Positions 9,049 through 19,248 of a DNA stretch of 64,000 bases are shown here, in pieces; position 1 is the first letter of the stretch, and each line of letters starts with the position of its first letter. This DNA is from Clostridium sp. (lineage in GTDB: Bacteria > Bacillota > Clostridia > Oscillospirales > Ruminococcaceae): contig JAMPFN010000006.1 of NCBI GenBank assembly GCA_023664445.1, positions 176-64,175 of the forward strand, read 5' to 3'. The notes below the pieces were generated by a model. It did not search any database. It was not told the origin of the DNA and saw only the letters and a list, made by a program, of their open reading frames with translations. The translations under genes were made by a program, and so were the position numbers.

Positions 9049-10464
9049 TTAATATAAGTATCCTGACGGATCAACCTTTGAACCGTTTACCATTACCTCA
9101 AAGTGCGTATGGAAACCTGTTGACCAACCTGTTGAACCAACGTAGCCGATCGCTTCACCGGCTGAAACATATTGTCCGACGGAAACACAAATACTTGCAC
9201 AATGACCATAAAGCGTAGAAATACCGTCGCCGTGGTCAATTACAACATAGTTTCCGTAACCGCCGCCGCAGCCGCAGCTTCCGTCTTTGCCGTAATTATG
9301 CGTGCAGCCGGATTTAGCCACAATAACCGTACCTGAACCTGCAGCTGTAACAGTCGCACCGGCAATTCCTCCTCCGGCAATATCCATACCATTGTGGAAC
9401 GAACCCCACCTATAACCGTAACCGCTTGATACTGAATAGAATCCCGGAACCGGCCATGAAAGTGCGCCGCTAAAGCCTCCGCCTCCGGTAGAAGCTGCTA
9501 TTTCACCGTCTCCCGAGCTGCTGCCGCCGCTGTCATCATCTGAATAGTCATCGTCAGAATAATTGTTTTCTTCACGTTCTTCGTCAAGGGCTATCGCCTG
9601 CTGACGCTGTCTTTCGATCTCATCCTGGATCTGTTGTATTTCATTATCCTTGGCGTCATTATCTGCTTTAAGATCCTCAACATCTCTCTGCTGCGAAGCA
9701 ATATCCGCTTCCTTACGTGCTATGTAATCCGCTGATTCTTCATAGTCTGCCTGAAGTTCTTCCATAGCGGCACGGTATTCTTTTCTGTTTTCTTCCTGTG
9801 CCGAAAGATCCGTATCAAGCGCACTCATTTCAATATCAAGCTGCGCCTGTGCTTCCTTATACTGACTAAGCTGCGTATTAAGCGAATCTATAAGCTCGTC
9901 GTCATGCTTTGCGACCTGAGATATAAGTTCTATTTTTGAAAGCATATCATAAAAATCGGTTGCGCCGACAAGCGCAGATGCCAAGCTGTCGTTTCCCGAA
10001 ATATACATAGCTCTCAAACGATCCTTGAAAAGCTCAAGCCCCTCTTCTATATCCTTTTCTTTTTGGGATATATCGCTTTGAAGCTGATCGATCTTTTCTC
10101 TTTTTTCTTCGATCTTAATATTCAGATCGTTAATAATAGTATTAACATTGTCAAGGTTTGCATTCTGAAGATCGATTTTCTCCTGAAGCTGATTCTGATA
10201 GGCTTCCTGTTCGGCAAGATCGCCTTTCAAGCTGTCAATACTCTGCTGAAGTTCATCGATCTCCTTTTGATTTTGAGCTTTCTCTGCTTCTATCTCATCA
10301 ACAGTCATAGCTTCTGTCATAATAACAGACTTATCGTTATTAACATATGTAAGAGTTCCTGCTGTTATCGCCGCGCAGAGAATTACCGCTGTCGCCTTTA
10401 ATTTGTTTTTACCTGATGCAATTTTCATAATAAGCGCCGGGCTCATCCGGCTGAACACCACCAT
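9049..10464 (-). CDS. EnvC/CwlO-like coiled-coil M23 peptidoglycan hydrolase or activator
   Basis: Long coiled coil, acidic/Gly linker and an M23 domain with intact HNGMD and HTH motifs. Lies downstream of ftsEX. Start may be 10428. Confidence 0.85.
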   Translation of the reverse strand: MVVFSRMSPALIMKIASGKNKLKATAVILCAAITAGTLTYVNNDKSVIMTEAMTVDEIEAEKAQNQKEIDELQQSIDSLKGDLAEQEAYQNQLQEKIDLQNANLDNVNTIINDLNIKIEEKREKIDQLQSDISQKEKDIEEGLELFKDRLRAMYISGNDSLASALVGATDFYDMLSKIELISQVAKHDDELIDSLNTQLSQYKEAQAQLDIEMSALDTDLSAQEENRKEYRAAMEELQADYEESADYIARKEADIASQQRDVEDLKADNDAKDNEIQQIQDEIERQRQQAIALDEEREENNYSDDDYSDDDSGGSSSGDGEIAASTGGGGFSGALSWPVPGFYSVSSGYGYRWGSFHNGMDIAGGGIAGATVTAAGSGTVIVAKSGCTHNYGKDGSCGCGGGYGNYVVIDHGDGISTLYGHCASICVSVGQYVSAGEAIGYVGSTGWSTGFHTHFEVMVNGSKVDPSGYLY

Positions 10465-10512
10465 TCTTTAATCTTCAATTTATACAGATATCACATTATA
10501 TAAGTGATATTG

Positions 10513-11418
10513 TTATACGTTAAGATGTTTTCTGATACTCAATACGCAGCCCAAAGCGCCAAGCGCCGCTCCGGCAAGTATATAAGATACCGCAACCTTT
10601 ACAGCAATATCGCCAAACGGCAGAACCGATCCAGTACCTATAATATTGAGTATGTTTACTTCCTCCGTAAGAAGTTTCAAAACAGCGTCATAACCTATCC
10701 ATGTAATTATCATAGCAACCAATCCGGAAGCCATACCGGTTACCATACCCTCGACAAAGAAAGGTATTCTTATGAACATATTTGTCGCGCCGACATATTT
10801 CATGATGCTTATCTCATTTCTTCTCGCAAATACGCTGGCTTTTGTAGTATTTGAAATGATTACCATTGATACTATTGTCAAAGCTATGATTATGGCAGTT
10901 GCTACAAGAGTAATGATCTTTCTCATTTCCGTCAGTATATTAACGAAGTCAAACGGCGCTCTTATAGAATAAACATGGTCGAGATCCCCGATAAGATCAA
11001 CTGTTTCCTGCGTAAGGGAAATATCGTCGATCTTCACCCTGAACGAATCAACGAGAGGGTTGTCCTCGCCGAGCGAATCAAAAATTTCCTGATATTCGCT
11101 CATGCTGTCCTTCATATCCTCAAACGCCTTATCTTTTGAATAGAAAGTTATCTTATCAATATTTTCGATCCGCTCAAGAAGAGCTTCCGTTTTGGCGATC
11201 TCTTCCTGAGTTATATCTTCATCAAGAAAAACTATAACCTCATTTTTATTTTCAATTCCGCCTATAATGGAGTTGATATTGACATAAAAAAGTATTGAAA
11301 GCCCCACAAGCAGAATCGAAACAAGCAGTACGCAGAAAGATGCAAATGCCATCATTCTGTTTTTCCAAACATTTTCAAAGCCCTGCTTTGTAAGGTATTT
11401 TAAACCGCTAAGCTTCAT
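10513..11418 (-). CDS. ftsX: cell division permease FtsX
   Basis: Four-TM FtsX pattern, RRNEISIMKYVGAT motif, downstream of ftsE. Confidence 0.9.
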   Translation of the reverse strand: MKLSGLKYLTKQGFENVWKNRMMAFASFCVLLVSILLVGLSILFYVNINSIIGGIENKNEVIVFLDEDITQEEIAKTEALLERIENIDKITFYSKDKAFEDMKDSMSEYQEIFDSLGEDNPLVDSFRVKIDDISLTQETVDLIGDLDHVYSIRAPFDFVNILTEMRKIITLVATAIIIALTIVSMVIISNTTKASVFARRNEISIMKYVGATNMFIRIPFFVEGMVTGMASGLVAMIITWIGYDAVLKLLTEEVNILNIIGTGSVLPFGDIAVKVAVSYILAGAALGALGCVLSIRKHLNV

Positions 11419-12091
11419 TTACTCCTCCAATCACCTCATCAAAAACGACTTCACCGGAATCTATATTAATTATTCTTCCGCCGAAATGCCGTACAAGGTC
11501 ATGTTCATGAGTAACCATGAGAATAGTCGTTCCGCATTCGTTTATACCTTTCAGAAGATCAACTATCTCATAGGAAAGCTCCGGGTCGATATTTCCGGTA
11601 GGCTCGTCGGCAATGATAAGCTGAGGATCGTTTACCAACGCCCTTGCTATCGCGACACGCTGCTGCTCGCCGCCCGAAAGCTGATTCGGATAGGAATGTG
11701 ATTTTTCCTGAAGCCCGACAAGACTTATAACATATGGAACACGTTTTCTTATGTATTTTCTCGGAGCGTCGATAACACGAAGCACGAAAGCGACATTTTC
11801 ATATACTGTCATTGACGGAATCAGTCTGAAATCCTGAAAAACGAATCCTATCGTTCTTCTGAAATCCGGAATCCTGCTTCTTTTCAATGTGCTAAGGTTA
11901 TAGTCGTTTACCATAACTCCGCCGCTCGTAGCGTCTATTTCCTTTAAAATCAGCTTGATAAGCGTACTTTTTCCCGCGCCGGAAGACCCGACAACAAACG
12001 CGAATTCGCCGTCGTTGATCCTAAGGCTTACATTATTAAGCGCGTCAACACCTGTCGAATAGGTAACAGACACATTTTTCAATTCTACCAA
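11408..12091 (-). CDS. ftsE: cell division ATP-binding protein FtsE
   Basis: GSSGAGKST, FQDFRL, LSGGEQQR and DEPTGNID motifs. TTG start at 12091 after an AGGAAGG RBS (ORF track extends to 12139). Confidence 0.9.
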   Translation of the reverse strand: MVELKNVSVTYSTGVDALNNVSLRINDGEFAFVVGSSGAGKSTLIKLILKEIDATSGGVMVNDYNLSTLKRSRIPDFRRTIGFVFQDFRLIPSMTVYENVAFVLRVIDAPRKYIRKRVPYVISLVGLQEKSHSYPNQLSGGEQQRVAIARALVNDPQLIIADEPTGNIDPELSYEIVDLLKGINECGTTILMVTHEHDLVRHFGGRIINIDSGEVVFDEVIGGVNEA

Positions 12092-12154
12092 TATTGACAC
12101 CTTCCTTAAATTCGGAGTATTCTCCCGCCAACGCCGCAATACCGGAAAAACAAA

Positions 12155-13240
12155 TCAGAATTTGACCGGATTTGCGGATAAATATTTCTTGACCATAAGC
12201 GCGATCTTGAATATTATTGCATGGTCAAATTCCCTCAAATCAAGACCGGTAAGCTTTTTGATCTTTTCCAATCTGTAAACAAGCGTATTTCTGTGTACAA
12301 AAAGCTTTCTTGAAGTTTCAGAAACATTAAGATTATTTTCAAAAAATTTCTGTATAGTAAACAGCGTTTCATGATCGAGCGACTCTATACTTCCCTTTTT
12401 AAACACCTCATGCAGAAATGTTTCGCAAAGAGTCGTCGGCAAATGATAAATAAGTCTTGCGATACCGAGATTATCATAGCTGATAATATTCTTGTCATTA
12501 TCAAATACCTTTCCGACCTCCAAAGACATCTGCGCTTCCTTGAACGAACGGGCAAGCTCCTTAACTCCCGTAACGGCAGTACCTATACCCACATTGACTC
12601 TTGTATAGAATTCGCTGCTCAGCGTATCGGAAATAGAACGCGCAAGCTTTTCAAGATCCTTCGAGTCAACAGACTCCTTTATCTCCTTGACAAGAACTAT
12701 ATCGCTTTCAGCTATATTGAAAACAAAATCCTTGTTTTTATCCGGGAAAAGATTCTGTATAACGTCATAAGCGGAAATATCATTTGAAGAAACGATCCTG
12801 ATGAGAAAAACGACCCTGCTTATTTCGGCGTTGAAATGAAGTTCCCTCGCCTTGATAACGATATCTCCCGGCAGGACATTATCGAGCACAACGTTCTTAA
12901 TAAAATTATTTCTGTCATATTTTTCATCGTAATACTGCTTTATATTTGAAAGACTTATCGCCATGATCGTAGCATATTTAGCGGCATTTTCATCAACGCC
13001 CTCGACAAAAACGGCGTATTCCGGCTTGACCCTCGAACCAAACGGCTTGTATGTATAGCCGTCCCTGATAAAAATATCATGAGAATCGTTCAGATCAAGA
13101 GAAACGAATTCATTTGTTGTTCCTACTTTTGCAAGATCGCTGCACGCGATAATGGTAGCTGTTTCATCAACAACGCCGATAACGGCATTAACCGCATCTC
13201 TCATCTGATGAACAAGACCCTGAAATAATCTGTTAGACAT
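12155..13240 (-). CDS. CdaR/PucR-family transcriptional regulator
   Basis: C-terminal SETSRKLFVHRNTLVYRLEKIKKLTG helix-turn-helix and N-terminal sugar-diacid-recognition-like domain. Likely start MSNRLFQ. Confidence 0.85.
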   Translation of the reverse strand: MSNRLFQGLVHQMRDAVNAVIGVVDETATIIACSDLAKVGTTNEFVSLDLNDSHDIFIRDGYTYKPFGSRVKPEYAVFVEGVDENAAKYATIMAISLSNIKQYYDEKYDRNNFIKNVVLDNVLPGDIVIKARELHFNAEISRVVFLIRIVSSNDISAYDVIQNLFPDKNKDFVFNIAESDIVLVKEIKESVDSKDLEKLARSISDTLSSEFYTRVNVGIGTAVTGVKELARSFKEAQMSLEVGKVFDNDKNIISYDNLGIARLIYHLPTTLCETFLHEVFKKGSIESLDHETLFTIQKFFENNLNVSETSRKLFVHRNTLVYRLEKIKKLTGLDLREFDHAIIFKIALMVKKYLSANPVKF

Positions 13241-13563
13241 ATAAATATCCTTTCTGATTTTTATACTAAAAATAATTTGTTGTTTTAGTATAAATAAAAA
13301 TTTAAAATGCCCCGCACATTCGCTACGTGCGTATCGGCAAATAGTAAACGCCAAATAAACTTGCTGTTTACTATAACAAATACCTTTTAAGAACCTAATA
13401 TATTACAAATTGTAACACATTTCAAACGTTTATGTGTTAACAAACTGTTAACATTTCGAGCGTTTGTGTAATAATGCACAAATTCCCATGTAATTATTTG
13501 TTAAATAAATATAATATTGTTAATTATTTTCGTAACTAAAATGTAACTTATGTTTTTATTATA

Positions 13564-15330
13564 TCACATTTTTTCCGGTTTGTCAATTTTTAATATCGTA
13601 AGCGTATTTCTGAGCGTCTGACGCACCGCAGCGCAAAGAAAAAGTCTTGCTTTTTTAAGCTCCGGCGTTTCGGCGTTCTTTACGCTGCACGAATCATAAA
13701 ACTTATGAAACAGCGTTGCAAGTTCAACGGCATACTTTGTGATCTTCGACGGATCATAGGTCTTTGCCGCGCTGTCAATTTCAGACGGAAGCGATGCAAG
13801 ATGACGTATAAGTTCGATCTCCTGCGGCTTATCAAGAACGTCGAAGTCGTCTGCCTTATAATTATTTGCTGTAAATCCCTCTATATTCAAAGCCGTTATG
13901 ATGCTGCATATTCTCGCGTGGGCATACTGTACATAAAAAACGGGATTCTGCGACGACTTTTCAACGGCAAGTCCAAGATCGAAATCAAAATGAGAATTCG
14001 GCTCTCTGTAATTAAAGAAAAATCTCGCCGCATCTATCGGTATCTCGTCAAGAAGAGTAGACAATGTTATCGCCTTTCCCGAACGCTTTGAAAGCTTGTA
14101 CTTTTCACCGTCCTTCACAAGATTCACCATTTGCATAATAACTATGTCAAGCCTGTCCGCATCGATACCGAGCGCCGTAAGAGCGGCTTTCATTCTCGGG
14201 ATATATCCGTGGTGATCCGCGCCGAAGATATCTATAGCCTTATCAAAGCCCCTTGTCACAAGTTTATTATAGTGATATGCGATATCGGGTACAAAATATG
14301 TCGGTATACCGTTTGCGCGGACAAGGACTCTGTCCTTTTCGTCACCGAGTTCCGATGATTTAAACCATACTGCGCCCTCTTTTTCATAAGTATAGCCCTT
14401 TTCGGTCAGCATATCAACGATCTTTTTTACCGAACCGTCGTTATGAAGCGTACTTTCACGAAACCATGTATCGTACGTTATGCGGTATTTCCCGAGATCT
14501 CTTTCAAGTCCGGAAATATTTTTCGGAAGCGCATAGGAAACCAGTTGTTTTCTGCGCTCCTCGCCGGAAACGTTCATAAGCGAATCGCCGTTTTCAATAA
14601 AGAAATTATGTGCGTGAGCTATAATATCCATACCGAGATAAACGTCTTCGGGCATAGGGAAATTTTCGGTATCATTATATAAAGCGGAACAAACCGCATC
14701 CGTATCGTTATTGTTTTCGGACAAAACGAAAAGTCCCTTTGCGCTGCATATCTGCGTGTATCTTAGTTCAAGCGATTTTCCGAATTTTTCTATCTGATTT
14801 CCTGCATCGTTTACATAAAATTCCCTTTCAACGCTATAGCCCGACCAGCTTAATATTTCCGCCAGACAGTCGCCTATAGCGCCTCCCCTCGCATTTCCGA
14901 TATGCATAGGACCTGTCGGATTGGCTGAAACAAATTCAACAAGTATTCTCTTATTCCCTCCGGAACTTGTTCTGCCGTAGCTTTCTCCCTCTTTGAGTAC
15001 AGAATCGGCAACAGCGGAAAACCACTTTCTTGACAGGAAGAAATTCAGAAATCCCGGTCCTGCAATTTCAAGCTTTTCAAAGTATGTGCCGTCAAGCGCC
15101 GCTTCTTCGCATATCATCTCGGCAATTTTTCTCGGCGGAAGCCTGAACGTCCTTGCCGAAACCATTGCGGCATTTGCGGCAAAATCCCCGTGTGATTTAT
15201 CCGCCGGTATCTCAATTATAAAATTCGGAAGCGGTTCGGGCGGAACTTTTCCGAACGATACCATTCTTCCCATTGAATCAAGGATTATATCTCTTGCCTG
15301 CTGCGACGCAAGCCTTATCAGATCTGCCAT
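13564..15330 (-). CDS. argS: arginyl-tRNA synthetase
   Basis: FVSANPTGPMHIGNARG (HIGH-like), FGADHHGY, KLSKRSG and YVQYAHARI motifs. Start MADLIR after an AAAGGAAAG RBS. Confidence 0.95.
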   Translation of the reverse strand: MADLIRLASQQARDIILDSMGRMVSFGKVPPEPLPNFIIEIPADKSHGDFAANAAMVSARTFRLPPRKIAEMICEEAALDGTYFEKLEIAGPGFLNFFLSRKWFSAVADSVLKEGESYGRTSSGGNKRILVEFVSANPTGPMHIGNARGGAIGDCLAEILSWSGYSVEREFYVNDAGNQIEKFGKSLELRYTQICSAKGLFVLSENNNDTDAVCSALYNDTENFPMPEDVYLGMDIIAHAHNFFIENGDSLMNVSGEERRKQLVSYALPKNISGLERDLGKYRITYDTWFRESTLHNDGSVKKIVDMLTEKGYTYEKEGAVWFKSSELGDEKDRVLVRANGIPTYFVPDIAYHYNKLVTRGFDKAIDIFGADHHGYIPRMKAALTALGIDADRLDIVIMQMVNLVKDGEKYKLSKRSGKAITLSTLLDEIPIDAARFFFNYREPNSHFDFDLGLAVEKSSQNPVFYVQYAHARICSIITALNIEGFTANNYKADDFDVLDKPQEIELIRHLASLPSEIDSAAKTYDPSKITKYAVELATLFHKFYDSCSVKNAETPELKKARLFLCAAVRQTLRNTLTILKIDKPEKM

Positions 15331-15350
15331 TGGTAGTCTTTCCTTTCTTT

Positions 15351-15449
15351 GGCAACACCGCACAAAGCGCGCCTGACGGCTTTGCACATCATCTGCTTGC
15401 GATTTTCCGTCATATCACACAATTTTTTTCTTCTTTGTGCGGTATTGCC
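15351..15449. mobile_element. putative MITE / long inverted repeat, family 2 (GGCARCRCCGCACAAAG ends)
   Basis: 17-bp arms GGCAACACCGCACAAAG / CTTTGTGCGGTATTGCC. A closely matching arm sequence occurs at 25569..25622. Abuts the TAA stop of the upstream gene. Confidence 0.55.
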
Positions 15450-15875
15450 TTAAGCTTTTTTTACATTCATTATTATTTCATTATCGGACATATAACTTGT
15501 ATTTATATCTATAGTATACTTCATATATAATCTGCCGCCGTTTTCATCGAGTTCGTTTTCAATGGCATGAGTATAGATGCCGACGACCATATCCCCGTAA
15601 GGCGTTGAATAGTGGCAATGATGCCTTTTTCCCGGTTCAATGACAAGATCGGAACTTGACGTGCCTCTCCTGATTATCGATGCATACTTATTGCCGGTAA
15701 CGGAAACGCTCGTTTCCGAGCCTTCAAATCCGGTCGCCTCGGAATCAAGATAGCTGATAACATAACGGTCGTCCTTTATACTGAACTTGCCTGCGGTTAT
15801 AAGCTCCGTTTCAGTTTTTTCGTTATATATGGATTGTATGCTCTTCATTTCGATCAAAAATTTTTCAGAATTCAC
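15450..15875 (-). CDS. DUF1934 family protein
   Basis: 141 aa beta-rich protein with the HHCHYSTPYG motif, in the usual context upstream of argS. Confidence 0.75.
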   Translation of the reverse strand: MNSEKFLIEMKSIQSIYNEKTETELITAGKFSIKDDRYVISYLDSEATGFEGSETSVSVTGNKYASIIRRGTSSSDLVIEPGKRHHCHYSTPYGDMVVGIYTHAIENELDENGGRLYMKYTIDINTSYMSDNEIIMNVKKA

Positions 15876-15879
15876 TTTT

Positions 15880-16689
15880 TCATTCCCCTAAATTACAGCT
15901 GAACACTTCTCCGTCTACAGGATGTTCAAGGAAGTGTCCGGCATTTTCTTCAAAAAGCTCGATACTGTCGCTGACATAAAAAACATTTTTTCCTTCATGG
16001 CTTACGTCATTGAGCAAATCGGCTTCCATAAGACAGCTTCGCGCGTATTTTGCGGCTTCAGCCCCCGATGAAATAAGCTTTACGCCCTCCCCCATTATAT
16101 CGGAAATTATATCTCTCAGCACAGGGTAATGCGTACAGCCGAGTATCAGCACGTCCACTCCCTCATTCTTTATCGGAGTCAAGTATTCCTCGGCGGCAAG
16201 ACGCGTTATCTTACAGTTTCTGTCCGTATATCCGTTCTCGACAAGATGAACGAAAAGAGGACACGCGTTTCCGATAACTCTTACGTGCGGATTTATCGTC
16301 CTTACAGCCTTGGCGTAGCTTCCGCTTCGTATAGTCGCGGGCGTTCCGATAACGCCTATCTTTCCGTTTTTTGTCGCGGCGCACGCCGTCTGCACCGTCG
16401 GAAGAATAACTCCCGTAAAAGGCATAGTGTCAACGAGCGGCTCGGAGCCTATCACAGAACTTACTGTTCCGCACGCTGCGATTATCATTTTTATTTTATG
16501 CTTTAAAAGGAACGAAACATCCTCTTTTGCGTATCTTAAAACAGTTTCACGGCTTCTGCTGCCGTAAGGTATTCTTGCGGTATCGCCGAAATATATTATA
16601 TCCTCATTCGGTAAAAGAGCGTTAAGCTCCTTTACGGCGGTAAGTCCGCCCATACCCGAATCAAAGACACCGATAGCGTATTTATTCAT
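15880..16689 (-). CDS. murI: glutamate racemase
   Basis: FDSGMGG, GDTARIPYG, ACGT and LGCTHYP catalytic Cys motifs. Confidence 0.95.
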   Translation of the reverse strand: MNKYAIGVFDSGMGGLTAVKELNALLPNEDIIYFGDTARIPYGSRSRETVLRYAKEDVSFLLKHKIKMIIAACGTVSSVIGSEPLVDTMPFTGVILPTVQTACAATKNGKIGVIGTPATIRSGSYAKAVRTINPHVRVIGNACPLFVHLVENGYTDRNCKITRLAAEEYLTPIKNEGVDVLILGCTHYPVLRDIISDIMGEGVKLISSGAEAAKYARSCLMEADLLNDVSHEGKNVFYVSDSIELFEENAGHFLEHPVDGEVFSCNLGE

Positions 16690-16699
16690 AATGTATTCC

Positions 16700-17773
16700 T
16701 TAATAGTTTCTTTCAGAATTGTCGATAGCCTGTTCGATAAGCTTGTCAATAAGATAACCGTACGTCATGCCAAGATCCGCCATAAGCATGGGATACATGC
16801 TTATAGAAGTAAAGCCGGGCATGGTATTTATTTCATTCAGTATGACTTCGTCGTCTTCCGACAAGAAGAAATCGACTCTTGAAAGCCCCTTGCAGCCCAT
16901 AGCTTTATACGCGCTTATTGCCGTTTCTCTGATCTCTTTTATCGTTTCCTCGGGAAGCGCGGCAGGAATGACCTGTGTCACAGAATTGTTTATATATTTC
17001 GACTCATAATCATAAAAATCCTTGCTCTTGGAAAGTTCCCCGACAAACGACGCAAAAGGCGAATCATATCCGAAAACCGCAACCTCGAGTTCTCTGCCCT
17101 TTATATATTCCTCTATTATGACTTTATTGTCATGGGAAAACGCGAATTTCACCGCTTCCTTGAGGGATTCAAGGTCAGTCGCCTTATTTATGCCTATCGA
17201 CGATCCGGCGTTTGCAGGCTTTACAAATACCGGAAAACCGAGTTCCTCCGCAATAGCGATGCATTTCTTGTCAAGGCGGTTAAGATCCCTAAGTCCGACC
17301 ATACGCCATTCGGCGGTTCTGATGTTATTATAATCGAGAACAGTATGGGTATGCGCTTTATCCATGCATGAAGCGGAAGCCAAAAGTCCGCAGCCCACAT
17401 AAGGGATCCTTGCAAGATCGAGCAGTCCCTGAACCGTTCCGTCCTCGCCGTTTTTTCCATGAAGCACAGGAAAAACGACATCGATCTTGCGGGGCGTATA
17501 TTCGCCGTTTTCCAAAACAAGTATACCCTTGTGTATGGGATCGGGAGAAATTATCGCAGACGCGCAGTCCGTGTCCTTTTCCCATTCTCCGGACGCAATA
17601 TTTGAAACATCTCCCGGATAATAAAGCCAGCGACCTTTTTTGGTAATGCCTATGCAAATGATCTCATACTTGTCCTTAGGCATGTTTTCGATAATGTTGG
17701 AGGCTGAAATGAGAGAGATATCGTGTTCGCTTGAAACTCCGCCGAACAATACCGCAACCTTGATTTTAGACAT
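16700..17773 (-). CDS. ddl: D-alanine--D-alanine ligase
   Basis: FGGVSSEHDIS, HGKNGEDG, GSSIG, FYDYESKY and NEINTMPG motifs. Confidence 0.95.
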   Translation of the reverse strand: MSKIKVAVLFGGVSSEHDISLISASNIIENMPKDKYEIICIGITKKGRWLYYPGDVSNIASGEWEKDTDCASAIISPDPIHKGILVLENGEYTPRKIDVVFPVLHGKNGEDGTVQGLLDLARIPYVGCGLLASASCMDKAHTHTVLDYNNIRTAEWRMVGLRDLNRLDKKCIAIAEELGFPVFVKPANAGSSIGINKATDLESLKEAVKFAFSHDNKVIIEEYIKGRELEVAVFGYDSPFASFVGELSKSKDFYDYESKYINNSVTQVIPAALPEETIKEIRETAISAYKAMGCKGLSRVDFFLSEDDEVILNEINTMPGFTSISMYPMLMADLGMTYGYLIDKLIEQAIDNSERNY

Positions 17774-18044
17774 TGTTTACAACTCCTTTAATAAAAATGA
17801 ATACAACACGACACCGCGCTGAATCTATGCAAAAGATACGCCGAACGATTATGTATCAATATATTTTAACATATTTTTCGGCAAACTTCAAGTATTTTTC
17901 AATAATTATTTAAAATATAAACCGAAAAAACGTATTTTTTATAAAAATCCGAAACTCACGAATAGATTTCGGCAAGCTTTACCTGCTTCATCTATATTAT
18001 ATATCCGCGCAAACAAAAAAATTCCATAAAATTATTTAAAAAGC

Positions 18045-18073
18045 TTGACTTTATGAAAAATGTGTGGTATAAT
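18045..18073 (+). promoter_or_regulatory. sigma-A promoter of rpmG-secE-nusG-rplKA
   Basis: TTGACT-17 bp-TATAAT, preceded by an AT-rich UP-like element. Confidence 0.8.
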
Positions 18074-18178
18074 GATAACACCTCTTTCAGGGGGTTATTT
18101 TTTTGTTCCTCTGAATTGAGGGAGGCAAACTATTTATTTTTCGCAAAAAGCGGAAGAATATCGTCAGGAGGTGCCGAT

Positions 18179-18328
18179 ATGAGAGTAAAGGTGACTTTAG
18201 CTTGTACAGAATGCAAGCAGCGCAATTATTGTACGAAGAAAAACAAGAAGAATGATCCGGACAGACTTGAGATGAACAAGCACTGCAAGTTCTGTAAGAA
18301 GCATACTCTTCACAAGGAAACAAAGTGA
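18179..18328 (+). CDS. rpmG: 50S ribosomal protein L33 (zinc-ribbon form)
   Basis: [17 protein letters not shown]...[16 protein letters not shown], with a GGAGG RBS. Confidence 0.95.
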   Translation: MRVKVTLACTECKQRNYCTKKNKKNDPDRLEMNKHCKFCKKHTLHKETK

Positions 18329-18342
18329 CGGGAGGTCTTGTA

Positions 18343-18594
18343 ATGTCAAAGGATGAAACCAAAAAGGAAAAGAAGACCCCGGACAAATCCAAAAAGAAAA
18401 AACCAAACAAAGTAGCCAAATGGTTCAAGGACTTGAAAAGCGAATTCAAAAAAGTCGTATGGCCGAGCAAAAAACAGGTGTTTAACAACACTTTCGTCGT
18501 TTTGGTAACAATGGTCGTTTCAAGCGTTTTTGTCGGAGCGCTCGATTTCGGTCTTTTGAGGCTTTTCAGATTCCTTTTGGGTATCGGAGAGTAA
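18343..18594 (+). CDS. secE: preprotein translocase SecE
   Basis: EFKKVVWPSKK motif plus a single TM segment, in rpmG-secE-nusG synteny. Confidence 0.92.
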   Translation: MSKDETKKEKKTPDKSKKKKPNKVAKWFKDLKSEFKKVVWPSKKQVFNNTFVVLVTMVVSSVFVGALDFGLLRLFRFLLGIGE

Positions 18595-18626
18595 AAACGG
18601 AAATTTATCTTTAAGGAGGACTTAAT

Positions 18627-19157
18627 ATGTCAGAAGCGGCAAAATGGTATGTTATCCACACATATTCGGGATATGAAAACAAGGTCGCACAGAATATTGA
18701 AAAAGTTGTGGAAAACAGAAAGCTTCACGATCTTATCCTTGAAGTTAGAGTTCCTACGGAAAAGGTAACTGAGATTACCGACGGCAAAACAAAGGAAGTT
18801 GAAAGGAAAGTTTATCCGGGCTATGTTTTGCTGAAAATGGTATATACCGACGATTCATGGTATGTCGTTAAAAACACAAGAGGCGTTACGGGATTTGTAG
18901 GTCCCGCTTCAGAGCCTACTCCCCTTTCGGAGGAAGAGGTTCGCGCGCTCGGCGTGGATATCGACAACGGTACTGTCGAGGTCAACTTCAAGGAAGGCGA
19001 TCGGGTTCAGGTTTCCGGAACAGCCATGGACGGATTTGTCGGCATAGTACAGAAAATCAATATCGAAGACGGAACAGTCGATGTTTTGGTATCGATGTTC
19101 GGTCGTGAAACTCAGGCTTCGCTGGCGCTCAACCAGGTAATAAAGCTTGATGACTAA
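18627..19157 (+). CDS. nusG: transcription termination/antitermination factor NusG
   Basis: WYVIHTYSGYENKV, YPGYV and TRGVTGFVG motifs plus a KOW domain. Confidence 0.97.
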   Translation: MSEAAKWYVIHTYSGYENKVAQNIEKVVENRKLHDLILEVRVPTEKVTEITDGKTKEVERKVYPGYVLLKMVYTDDSWYVVKNTRGVTGFVGPASEPTPLSEEEVRALGVDIDNGTVEVNFKEGDRVQVSGTAMDGFVGIVQKINIEDGTVDVLVSMFGRETQASLALNQVIKLDD

Positions 19158-19183
19158 TCAGCGAAAGCTGCGTATGCTTATAA

Positions 19184-19225
19184 GTGGGAGAGGCAAAAAA
19201 CATTAATTGTCTCGGCGTTTACCAC
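19184..19225 (+). promoter_or_regulatory. ribosomal protein L1-binding leader upstream of rplK
   Basis: GTGGGAG-hairpin-TTACCAC, the rRNA-mimic L1 autoregulatory motif, just before the RBS. Confidence 0.7.
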
Positions 19226-19248
19226 AATTTTTGGAGGTGCAAAAAAGC

